Of a DNA stretch of 32,000 bases, positions 1-6,944 are shown piece by piece. The stretch covers positions 30,001 to 62,000 of the forward strand of contig PBAU01000003.1 of NCBI GenBank assembly GCA_002716355.1, in the 5' to 3' direction. The position numbers and the translations under genes were made by a program. Source of the DNA: a bacterium (GTDB lineage Bacteria; UBP7; UBA6624). Numbering within the stretch: position 1 is the first letter of the stretch; each line of letters opens with the position of its first letter. Under the pieces are notes generated by a model. The model was not told the origin of the DNA and made no database searches. It was given only the letters and a program-made list of their open reading frames with translations.

Positions 1-23
1 TCTGAGGGCCTCCCTGAGCTTGC

Positions 24-521
24 ATGGATTCCAAATGCTTGTCAGGTTTTGGGTATTCCAGGATGAAGGTTTTCTCAACAAACAAGAAAGCACATTATCT
101 ATATGAAATTTCAGAAAAGTTTGAAGCTGGAGTTTCTCTTGAAGGTTGGGAGGTCCGCTCCATAAGGGAGGGTAGGCTGAACCTAAATCAAGCTCATGCA
201 AAAATCAAAGATGGAGAATTGTGGATCATAGGGTCACACATAGCTCCACTTCCCCAATCTTCTGAAAGTCAGAATTCAACAAGAGACAGGAAGCTTTTAC
301 TCAAGAAAAAGCAGATACTTGACATTGACAGGAAGATAGAACCTAAAGGTGTGACCGTTGTTCCGCTCAAAGCTTACCAGTCTCGAGGTAGAATAAAGAT
401 GGAAATCGCCATTGGGAAAGGAAGGACCAAGGCTGACAAAAGGTCAAGGATTCTTGAAGAACTTGACAGGAGAGATGCAAAAGAGTCAGTCAAGAGGGCC
501 ATGAGGGGAGGCGATTACTAA
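24..521 (+). CDS. smpB: SsrA-binding protein SmpB
   Basis: 165-aa ORF with SmpB-family blocks: NKKAHYLYEI..FEAGVSLEGWEVRSIREGR, TRDRKLLLKKKQI, IAIGKGRTKADKR and a basic C-terminal tail. It lies directly upstream of the tmRNA gene. An alternative start at ATG 63 (MKVFSTNKKA) is equally plausible. Confidence 0.93.
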   Translation: MDSKCLSGFGYSRMKVFSTNKKAHYLYEISEKFEAGVSLEGWEVRSIREGRLNLNQAHAKIKDGELWIIGSHIAPLPQSSESQNSTRDRKLLLKKKQILDIDRKIEPKGVTVVPLKAYQSRGRIKMEIAIGKGRTKADKRSRILEELDRRDAKESVKRAMRGGDY

Positions 522-532
522 GATATAGATTT

Positions 533-861
533 GGGGGCGACTGGCTTCGACGGAAGTTGGAACAGTCGGGTTGCAAGCAGGTTTGTCATATCCCTTGATT
601 GTGACAAAAAAAGTAAACGGCAAAAACGCTTACGCATTTGCTTAATTTAATTTAAGCAAGCTCCTCCTTTCAAGTCCATGTGAGAAAGGGTAGGGGCTCA
701 GAAATCATGGAACGGCTCCCGGACCGTTATTCGGGGTTTTTGCTTTGAGGCCTGCCGTTTGATTGTTTAGGGTAGGTTGAGCATTTAAAACAATCTAAGC
801 TTGTAGACACTCGTCTCAATAAGACAACCGGACCCGGGTTCAATTCCCGGCGCCTCCACCA
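533..861 (+). ncRNA. ssrA: transfer-messenger RNA (tmRNA, one-piece)
   Basis: 5' GGGGGCG (533-539) pairs with CGCCTCC (851-857) to form a 7-bp acceptor stem containing the G3:U70 alanine identity pair. This is followed by discriminator A858 and an encoded CCA (859-861). The T-arm is CCGGG-TTCAATT-CCCGG, just 5' of the acceptor 3' strand. There is an internal tag-like reading frame, and the gene sits next to smpB. Confidence 0.93.
619..645 (+). other. tmRNA tag-peptide reading frame (GKNAYAFA*)
   Basis: GGC AAA AAC GCT TAC GCA TTT GCT TAA. It is preceded by an A-rich stretch plus GUAAAC, resembling known resume-codon contexts, and is the only frame that gives a hydrophobic-Ala C-terminus. The resume codon was assigned by eye. 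An alternative is GCA at 620 in another frame, which gives a non-tag-like peptide. Confidence 0.6.
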
Positions 862-890
862 ATCCTGCTAGTTGGTTAGAATCATCATTG

Positions 891-1355
891 ATGAAAAAAA
901 GGCAGATCAATTCGTTCCTTGTAATCATGGTGTCGATTGCAGTTGCTGTCTTTGTCACACAGATACTTGAATCATTGGGTCATTTTGCATTCTCAAGGGA
1001 TCTCATAGAGGAAATCAGTGCGTTTGAAGATCCTGATGAGATGAAAGAGGCTTATGTGTCAATGGTTGAGAAGATGTCCTTTCCAGCAAAGCTTTCGGTT
1101 TTGATTTCGTGGTTTCTCGGAGCCATGAGCGGAGGTTTCATTTCAAGTCTCATGTCCTCAACGAATAAGGTGTTCCATGCAAAGATGATTGGCTACATAT
1201 ACCTTTTCTTCACGATATTGACACTCTTGAACATCCCGCATCCATGGTGGATGTGGCTTTCCGTCTTTCTCATAATCCCGGCTTCCTTTATAGGCAGCAG
1301 CTTCATTCCCGCCAAGGCAAAAGATTCTGAAGAGCCTGAGATCATAGAACCCTAG
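891..1355 (+). CDS. hypothetical integral membrane protein (about 4 TM)
   Basis: 154-aa ORF from ATG 891 (a TTG at 888 is also in frame). It has four hydrophobic segments, an acidic loop (EEISAFEDPDEMKE) and an acidic tail. No family was recognised. Confidence 0.55.
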   Translation: MKKRQINSFLVIMVSIAVAVFVTQILESLGHFAFSRDLIEEISAFEDPDEMKEAYVSMVEKMSFPAKLSVLISWFLGAMSGGFISSLMSSTNKVFHAKMIGYIYLFFTILTLLNIPHPWWMWLSVFLIIPASFIGSSFIPAKAKDSEEPEIIEP

Positions 1356-1399
1356 AAACTTTCAGGCACCTTTACAGGTAAATCTATTTAGGTGTAGCC

Positions 1400-1666
1400 A
1401 TGATTACTGATCCCTTTGTCATCCTTTTCGTGCTGGGGCTTCCGCTTTTCTTCCTGGCTTTCCTGATAAGGGATTGGAGTAAGGGCAAGCGAAATCCTGC
1501 ATTTCTCATATTCTTCTTGCCTTGCCTGTATTTCATGTGGAACGGATTTGTTTCGGATGCCTGGGACTATATCGAGGCTGCAAGCTCTGTCGCTTCGGTT
1601 GCAGGGATCATCTACATGATAAAGAGGGCGGAATCGACTGACCTCAAACCTAGAATAAAAGACTGA
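1400..1666 (+). CDS. hypothetical small membrane protein (88 aa, 3 hydrophobic segments)
   Basis: The ORF has an SD-like AGGTG 5 nt upstream of the ATG. It is strongly hydrophobic. No family was recognised. Confidence 0.5.
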   Translation: MITDPFVILFVLGLPLFFLAFLIRDWSKGKRNPAFLIFFLPCLYFMWNGFVSDAWDYIEAASSVASVAGIIYMIKRAESTDLKPRIKD

Positions 1667-1677
1667 AAGTCAACAAA

Positions 1678-1860
1678 ATGACGCTGATGCAATATTTTCC
1701 ATATCCCTTGCTGAACCAGGGAGGGGCCGGCTTGATTATCGTATTCTTTTGGATAGCGATTCCTATTGTTGCAACCTGCCTTTGTTTCTTGTGTATTTTG
1801 CATACAGGAAAGGAAGGGCAAAGAGTTAGGGCTAGATGTTATAGTATTCAGGATGAATAA
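1678..1860 (+). CDS. possible 60-aa membrane peptide
   Basis: It fills the gap between neighbouring genes and has one long hydrophobic segment (GLIIVFFWIAIPIVATCLCFLCIL). Its end overlaps the next ATG (1853) by 8 nt. It is short and unconfirmed. Confidence 0.25.
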   Translation: MTLMQYFPYPLLNQGGAGLIIVFFWIAIPIVATCLCFLCILHTGKEGQRVRARCYSIQDE

Positions 1861-2350
1861 AATATTTTTTGCATTGTTCCTGACATTGCTGTACTGGGTG
1901 TTCAAGAGTTGGATATTCTTGATGTGGCCCATGATTCCCCTGTACCTTTCTGTGTTTATTGCTCTCTTCTGGAAAGACCTAAGAAAAGACTGGATTGCAT
2001 TCCTGAAGAGGCCAGCATTTTCACTGCCTCTCACGCTCTATCTTTTTGCAAGGCTTCATGGAGGCCCTGTTGGAGAGGTTGTTTCAGCTTTTGAGTCACT
2101 TTGGTTTGTATTTGCGCCACTCTGGTTTTACATTGTTGTTGAAGATGTGAAGGCCCGTCCTGAGAAAACTGAACCAGAAAAGGTCAACCCTGTTGCGAAT
2201 GGCTTCAAGTGGGCGCTTTTCGCTTTCATTGTCACTTTCGGCGCTCTTTTTGGGGCTCCAAATGAAAATGCAGTTGCAGTATTGGCAATGATATGGATAG
2301 GATTCGGATTGATCGGTTATGCAAGGGCTGGAGGCTTTAAGAGGAAATAA
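1853..2350 (+). CDS. hypothetical integral membrane protein
   Basis: The ORF 1766-2350 was trimmed to ATG 1853 (MNKIFFALFL...) because the upstream extension is not protein-like and overlaps the preceding ORF. It has several TM segments. No family was recognised. Confidence 0.5.
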   Translation: MNKIFFALFLTLLYWVFKSWIFLMWPMIPLYLSVFIALFWKDLRKDWIAFLKRPAFSLPLTLYLFARLHGGPVGEVVSAFESLWFVFAPLWFYIVVEDVKARPEKTEPEKVNPVANGFKWALFAFIVTFGALFGAPNENAVAVLAMIWIGFGLIGYARAGGFKRK

Positions 2351-2359
2351 AATAGCACT

Positions 2360-3076
2360 ATGAGAGTTGATGGACGAAAATTTGATGAGCTTAGGCCAAT
2401 TGAGATCATTCCAAACTGGACAGAGAACCCTGATGGTTCCGTTTTGATAAAGTGGGGCAGGACATGGGTTTTGTGCACGGCCTCAGTTGAATACAGGTCT
2501 CCCATGTGGCAAAAGGAAAAGGATGAAGGGTGGGTTACCGGTGATTACGGAATGCTCCCAGGTTCGACTGACACAAGGAAGAGAAGGCCTGGCCTGAAGC
2601 CAGACAGCAGAGGCACTGAGATAAAAAGGCTTATAGGAAGAAGCTTGAGAGGTGCATGTGACCTTTCTGCGATACCTGGATGGACCATATCCGTTGATTG
2701 TGATGTGCTTCAGGCAGACGGAGGAACGCGTGTTGCATCAATTACAGGCGGAATGATAGCTTTAAGCATCGCAGCTGAATCAATGGTTGAAAAAGGCCTT
2801 CTGGCTTCTGTGAGCAAACTCATAACAGAGCCAGTGATAGCGATTTCATTAGGGATAGTTGGTGAAGACGCTGTTCTTGATCTTAACTATAAAGAAGACT
2901 CGACTGCTGAGGTTGACTTGAACCTTGTAGGGACATTGAATGGAAAATGCATTGAGGTTCAAGGCACATCAGAGGGAAGGGCGATGGAGAAAGAGGATCT
3001 TGACAACCTTTTGGATTTAGGCTTTAAAGGTCTTTCCAAGGTTTCTGAAATAGCAAAGCCCTTCATTAACGTTTGA
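2360..3076 (+). CDS. rph: ribonuclease PH
   Basis: 238 aa. MRVDGRKFDELRPIEI, GSVLIKWGRTWVLCTASVE, GWVTGDYGMLPGST, DCDVLQADGGTRVASITG and IEVQGTSEG are collinear with bacterial RNase PH along the full length. Confidence 0.95.
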   Translation: MRVDGRKFDELRPIEIIPNWTENPDGSVLIKWGRTWVLCTASVEYRSPMWQKEKDEGWVTGDYGMLPGSTDTRKRRPGLKPDSRGTEIKRLIGRSLRGACDLSAIPGWTISVDCDVLQADGGTRVASITGGMIALSIAAESMVEKGLLASVSKLITEPVIAISLGIVGEDAVLDLNYKEDSTAEVDLNLVGTLNGKCIEVQGTSEGRAMEKEDLDNLLDLGFKGLSKVSEIAKPFINV

Positions 3077-3085
3077 TAGCGATTT

Positions 3086-3310
3086 ATGCTCTATAACCTA
3101 TTCTTTGTGCTGACATGCCTATGCATCGCTTACCTATCAGGAGCTAGAAGCGGAATGATATTCCTTTGGTTCATCCCTTTCCTTTTGATTAAGTTTGTCA
3201 ATCTTTCGACCTATTCGTTAGCTGGCATCTTTCTGATCCTCTTTGTTGTTTGCGTCAGGATAATGCAAAAAGGCACCTATGGTGACACTTGGGGCGAAAA
3301 GGATGTTTAA
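3086..3310 (+). CDS. hypothetical small membrane protein (74 aa)
   Basis: ATG ORF with two or three hydrophobic segments. No family was recognised. Confidence 0.4.
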   Translation: MLYNLFFVLTCLCIAYLSGARSGMIFLWFIPFLLIKFVNLSTYSLAGIFLILFVVCVRIMQKGTYGDTWGEKDV

Positions 3311-3372
3311 CGAGTGGGGCACTTTTAACTCTATATAGGTATTTCCGATAATCAAGATTATGTTACATAATT

Positions 3373-3400
3373 AATAAAACAGAGGGAATGCTGTTTTATT
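3373..3400. terminator. perfect 10-bp hairpin in the intergenic spacer (weak terminator candidate)
   Basis: AATAAAACAG (3373-3382), an 8-nt loop, then CTGTTTTATT (3391-3400). The stem is almost all A-T and there is no separate U-tract, so function is uncertain. Confidence 0.25.
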
Positions 3401-3426
3401 AAAGCTTTAAATCCTTTATTATTAGC

Positions 3427-3636
3427 ATGATGAAGAAGTTCCTTTTAGCTTTATGTGCTCCAGTACTTGGCTTAGCCAGCCTGAATGGCTTAATCGCTAT
3501 AGCATGCTCTTTTATTGCATCTAATCTTTTTGATAGCTTTTGGCTCGGGAAAGGCTTATGGATATTGCCTATTTCTTTTTATTTATTTTTTTACTACCTG
3601 ATTGCTTTTGTGAATTTTAGAAAGCAGACCGGTTAG
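3427..3636 (+). CDS. hypothetical small membrane/secreted protein (69 aa)
   Basis: It has a signal-like N-terminus (MMKKFLLALCAPVLGLASL) plus a second hydrophobic segment. Its stop codon interlocks with the stop of the convergent gene (TTAG at 3633-3636). Confidence 0.4.
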   Translation: MMKKFLLALCAPVLGLASLNGLIAIACSFIASNLFDSFWLGKGLWILPISFYLFFYYLIAFVNFRKQTG

Positions 3637-4127
3637 AAAGCTGCACTTCTAAAGGTGAAGTTTTTTAGATCTTTTAAGAATTCTTTTGGTGTTTGTTTTT
3701 TAATGTCAGGAAAACCTCGGAATTTATGATTGTTAAAAGTGACTATCCTTTTGATGTCATTGTTTTTAATGGTCCAATACAGGTTAGCCTCTTCGACATC
3801 AGATGTATAGAACCTTTCTTCTTCCATTTTTTCAAGACCTTTATCTAACTCGTATGCTGACATATGAAATATACGCATGTTGCCAAATGATTCAAGTTCT
3901 TTCACTATGCTATTCATGAGGTTATGTTTGAATGGAGGATATATTATGGATGGATTTGATAGTTTTGTAAACAGCTCTCCTATATGGTAGCCTGATATGA
4001 TGCCCTGCACGTCACCATACTGACACCTCTCCCCTTTAAGTGAACTTAGAAGCTCCCTGCATTCATCTGTCTCTGGACATCTTATGAATGTTGCAACAAG
4101 TGGGCCTTTATCAATCAAAAATCTCAT
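3633..4127 (-). CDS. hypothetical protein, PIN-like (VapC-like) toxin candidate
   Basis: 164 aa. The N-terminal MRFLIDKGPLV resembles the first PIN acidic motif. SDVEEANLYW..IKRIVTFNNHKFRGFPDI resembles the C-terminal VapC 'Da..A....ivT.d.dF' block, but with the last Asp positions substituted. The start overlaps the upstream HTH gene by 17 nt. The fold assignment is by eye only. Confidence 0.4.
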   Translation of the reverse strand: MRFLIDKGPLVATFIRCPETDECRELLSSLKGERCQYGDVQGIISGYHIGELFTKLSNPSIIYPPFKHNLMNSIVKELESFGNMRIFHMSAYELDKGLEKMEEERFYTSDVEEANLYWTIKNNDIKRIVTFNNHKFRGFPDIKKQTPKEFLKDLKNFTFRSAAF

Positions 4128-4422
4128 GCTTTAACCTTATTTCAACTGTTGCTATTGGTAGATTCAGCAGCCTGTGATCCCCTTTTGTCATAGGGTCTGG
4201 AGATGATTCGACTTCGTATTGAAGCACCGCAGAAGGCTTTGATTTTGTTTCAGACATAAATTCTGTAATGCTTGATTTGTGAAAATAAATCCTCTTTCCT
4301 CTCTTTATCCCAGATATCTGACCTTCCCTATAGTACTTTCTTACTGTAAAGGGTTTAACTGAAAGTAGCTTTGCAACTTCTTCTACAGTTAAAAAATCGT
4401 TGTTTGATCCTTCTGGTAACAT
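4111..4422 (-). CDS. excisionase/MerR-type helix-turn-helix DNA-binding protein (antitoxin candidate)
   Basis: 103 aa. FLTVEEVAKLLSVKPFTVRKYYREGQISGIKRGKRIYFHKSSITEFM matches the HTH_17/excisionase-family pattern. It has an unstructured-looking C-terminal tail and is first in a two-gene overlapping cassette. Confidence 0.65.
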   Translation of the reverse strand: MLPEGSNNDFLTVEEVAKLLSVKPFTVRKYYREGQISGIKRGKRIYFHKSSITEFMSETKSKPSAVLQYEVESSPDPMTKGDHRLLNLPIATVEIRLKHEIFD

Positions 4423-4458
4423 ATACGCATAAATATTAACATAAAATAACTATTAAAC

Positions 4459-4487
4459 AATATATAACAACATAAAAAATGCTTCAA
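4459..4487 (-). promoter_or_regulatory. sigma70-like promoter candidate for the HTH/PIN-like cassette
   Basis: On the minus strand: TTGAAG (4487-4482), a 17-nt spacer, then TATATT (4464-4459), about 37 nt upstream of the ATG at 4422. The region is very AT-rich, so chance matches are common. Confidence 0.3.
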
Positions 4488-4659
4488 ATCAGTTAAAAAA
4501 CAAACTGTAAAAAAGATATCTAGTTAATTTTCAGTTAATAAAATAACTAAAAAAAAACTTATCAAACTACCCTAATCCTTCCTTTTTTGACGTTTTTGAT
4601 CATTTGCGATGCTGGCTTCATAAATATTGTTTTTTGATTATTTTTTTTAAAATGGGTAT

Positions 4660-6054
4660 ATGGATACAGGTTTGATTGTTTTTTTGGTCTATGTTTCTTT
4701 TATGTTCTTTCATGCGTGGACAGGAAATAAAAAGATTAAAAACTCTGTTGATTTCAATGTTGCTGGCAGAGGTTTGTCTGGTTTTGTTATAGGTTTGTCC
4801 TTTTATGCTTCTTTTATGAGCACTAATTCTTTTCTTGGCCTGGCTGGAAGGTCTCACTCCTGGGGTTTTTCTATATGGGGATCAGGTATTCTCTTTATTA
4901 TTTTTGCATGGGTTTCATGGAGGTTTATTGCACCTAAGCTTAGGCTTCGCACAGAAGAGTTAGGCGCCCTAACCCTATCGGACTACCTTGGATATGCTTT
5001 TAAGAGTAAAAGTTATGAAAGAGCAGCTTGTTTGGTTATATTGCTTGCAAGCATACCGTTCATGCAAGCTGTCTTCAAGGGTGTGATGCTGGTTGTTTCA
5101 CAAATGACGGGACTCTCATCAACGACATCTTTGGCTTTGGCATGGTTTATTATCGTTGTTTACACTGTTGCTGGTGGCTTTCATGCTGTTGCAAAAACTG
5201 ATGTGGTTCAAGCGTTCATAATGCTTATTGCTTCTTTGTTCCTACCCTTTTCAATGCTTAGGTCTTATGGAGGTATTCAGAATCTTGTTCAATCTTCTTC
5301 TCTGGATGCAGGAGTTGCTGTTTCTGATATATGGGCGATGGCTCCGCTTGGAGCTGTTATAGGGATTGGTTTAGCAGGAGGCTTTAAGATGATGTCTGAG
5401 CCGAGGCAGATTTCTAGATTTTTTGCAATAGATAATAAAGAAATAAAAAAAGGAGAGAAGATAGCTTTGTGGACTTTAGCAGTTTCCTATCTTTTTATAC
5501 TGCCTGTAGGGTTTTTGTCTAGAGGTTTTTTAAATTCTTATGAGGGTGATCTTGATGCAATTGTTCCAACATTACTATCAATGCCAGAGGTTGTTCATCC
5601 TTTTTTGGGTTATGTTTTTCTTGCAGCCTTCCTTGCTGCTGCTATGAGTAGTTTAGATTCAATATTACTTGCTGTTTCAGGAAGTGTTCAGAGAGGCTTT
5701 TTTCACAACAAAACAAGAAATGAATTGTTTTCAACAAGAGTTATTGTTGTAGTTTTAAGCATACTTCCTGCTTTTTTGGTTTTGTATAATCCTGCAGAGA
5801 TAATTGCATTAACAACTTTATCAGGAGCAGTTTTTGGAGCGGCATTCCTTCCTTCTCTGATTCATTCTCTCTATAGTAAAACTGTACCAATCAAAGCAGC
5901 ATGGGTATCGCTTATTGCGGGCTTTTCTTCAGTTTTGATCTGGAAATTTTATATTATTGCAAATTGGCCAAGTTTTAAAATGATTCATGAGGTTGTAGCA
6001 GGAACTTTAATCTCCTTCCTTCTTTTTTATTTAGTTAAAGGTAGAGATGATTAA
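4660..6054 (+). CDS. sodium:solute symporter family (SSF) transporter
   Basis: 464 aa and polytopic. The N-terminal DFNVAGRGLSGFVIGLSFYASFMSTNSFLGLAG and the later IVPTLL...FLAAFLAAAMSSLDSILLA blocks are typical of the PutP/PanF/SSF family. The substrate cannot be determined from sequence. Confidence 0.85.
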   Translation: MDTGLIVFLVYVSFMFFHAWTGNKKIKNSVDFNVAGRGLSGFVIGLSFYASFMSTNSFLGLAGRSHSWGFSIWGSGILFIIFAWVSWRFIAPKLRLRTEELGALTLSDYLGYAFKSKSYERAACLVILLASIPFMQAVFKGVMLVVSQMTGLSSTTSLALAWFIIVVYTVAGGFHAVAKTDVVQAFIMLIASLFLPFSMLRSYGGIQNLVQSSSLDAGVAVSDIWAMAPLGAVIGIGLAGGFKMMSEPRQISRFFAIDNKEIKKGEKIALWTLAVSYLFILPVGFLSRGFLNSYEGDLDAIVPTLLSMPEVVHPFLGYVFLAAFLAAAMSSLDSILLAVSGSVQRGFFHNKTRNELFSTRVIVVVLSILPAFLVLYNPAEIIALTTLSGAVFGAAFLPSLIHSLYSKTVPIKAAWVSLIAGFSSVLIWKFYIIANWPSFKMIHEVVAGTLISFLLFYLVKGRDD

Positions 6055-6529
6055 GGATATCAAGATAAGAGTTGCTGCTATAGTCAGCCATGAAAACAAG
6101 ATACTTTTTAACAGGCAAGAGATTCCTGGTAAAGCGTGCGTTTATTCACTGATGGGAGGACATCTTGAATTTGGAGAATCTGTTAAAAATTGTTTGGTGC
6201 GAGAGTTCAAAGAAGAGCTTGAGTGGGATATTGAAGTTCAGAATCTTCTTTATGTTTGCGAGAATTCATGGCTTGAAGAGGACCCTGAAGATTTTAACTT
6301 TAATCAAAAAATGCATGGTGTTGAATTGTATTTTTATGCAAAATTGAAAAAAAAATTAATTGGCAAGGATCCTAAGACTGAAGAGGAACATCTTTGGCCA
6401 GGATGGTTTTCGAAAAAAGATATAGAAAAAGATGGAAAGATTGTTCCTTCTTTTTTAGAGGAAAGGCTTTTTGAGGATATGGAAAAAGGGTTCTCTTCGA
6501 AAGTTAAATTCTTTACAGCTGGTTTTTGA
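6047..6529 (+). CDS. NUDIX hydrolase
   Basis: 160 aa. Nudix box GGHLEFGESVKNCLVREFKEELEW (GX5EX7REUXEEX, with the final G replaced by E). The start overlaps the symporter stop by 8 nt. Confidence 0.85.
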   Translation: MIKDIKIRVAAIVSHENKILFNRQEIPGKACVYSLMGGHLEFGESVKNCLVREFKEELEWDIEVQNLLYVCENSWLEEDPEDFNFNQKMHGVELYFYAKLKKKLIGKDPKTEEEHLWPGWFSKKDIEKDGKIVPSFLEERLFEDMEKGFSSKVKFFTAGF

Positions 6530-6530
6530 T

Positions 6531-6944
6531 TTATTGGTTTTTTATTTTTTCTTTTACTCTTTGAGACACTTTATCAATTTCTTTTGATATTTGGCATTCC
6601 CAAAACCTCATAACAACCCATCCTTCTTTTTTAAGCCTTATGTTCGTTTCTGCATCTCTTTTTTTATTTTGCTTAAGCTTTTCATCCCAGTATTTTTTAT
6701 TTGAAGATGGTTTTTTGTAACAGGATGGACACCCATGCCAAAAACATCCATCAACAAAAATTGATATTTTTTTGCCAACATAGCAAATATCAGGTTTTCC
6801 AGGTGCTTTGATGTAGTTTAACCTGTAACCTCTATATCCTGAATGCCAAAGATTTTTTCTTAGAGTTATTTCAGGCTTGGTATTTTTCCCTCTTATTCGA
6901 GACATTATCTTGGATCTTGTTTTCTTGGAAACCCTATCGGTCAT
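6531..6944 (-). CDS. vsr: very short patch repair (Vsr) endonuclease
   Basis: 137 aa. TRSKIMSRIRGKNTKPE, LPGKPD-type APGKPDI, FVDGCFWHGCP and GWVVMRFWECQI are collinear with E. coli Vsr, including the catalytic Asp and His/Cys positions. Confidence 0.9.
   Translation of the reverse strand: MTDRVSKKTRSKIMSRIRGKNTKPEITLRKNLWHSGYRGYRLNYIKAPGKPDICYVGKKISIFVDGCFWHGCPSCYKKPSSNKKYWDEKLKQNKKRDAETNIRLKKEGWVVMRFWECQISKEIDKVSQRVKEKIKNQ

Noticed and set aside
1612-2034. 140-aa minus-strand ORF overlapping the small membrane ORFs.
   Set aside because: Its translation has no hydrophobic or domain pattern. It overlaps three collinear plus-strand ORFs that tile the region in the same direction as their neighbours.
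4441-4549. A 12-nt direct repeat, ATAAAATAACTA, at 4441-4452 and 4538-4549 in the spacer upstream of the HTH gene, as a possible operator pair.
   Set aside because: The region is roughly 85% A+T. A rough estimate gives on the order of 0.5 expected chance 12-mer repeats in a 237-nt window of this composition, so the repeat is not significant on its own.
862-4660. A possible ssrA-targeted genomic island or prophage remnant downstream of the tmRNA gene. An excisionase-type HTH lies at 4111-4422.
   Set aside because: No integrase is present. I also could not find by eye a direct repeat of the tmRNA 3' end (ggttcaattcccggcgcctccacca or a substantial part of it) anywhere downstream. In addition, rph, a core gene, sits in the middle. 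A computed repeat search would be needed to exclude a short att remnant.
4618-4857. 79-aa minus-strand K/R-rich ORF across the symporter start. Also alternative-frame ORFs at 1909-2094, 2317-2505 and 6165-6347.
   Set aside because: They overlap well-supported genes and have biased, non-globular composition without recognisable motifs.
4660-6054. Calling the SSF transporter a pantothenate symporter (PanF) because panBCD is in the same window.
   Set aside because: Only generic SSF-family blocks are visible. The gene is 12.6 kb from panB, and on the far side of the 13-gene minus-strand train. Substrate specificity cannot be read from the sequence.
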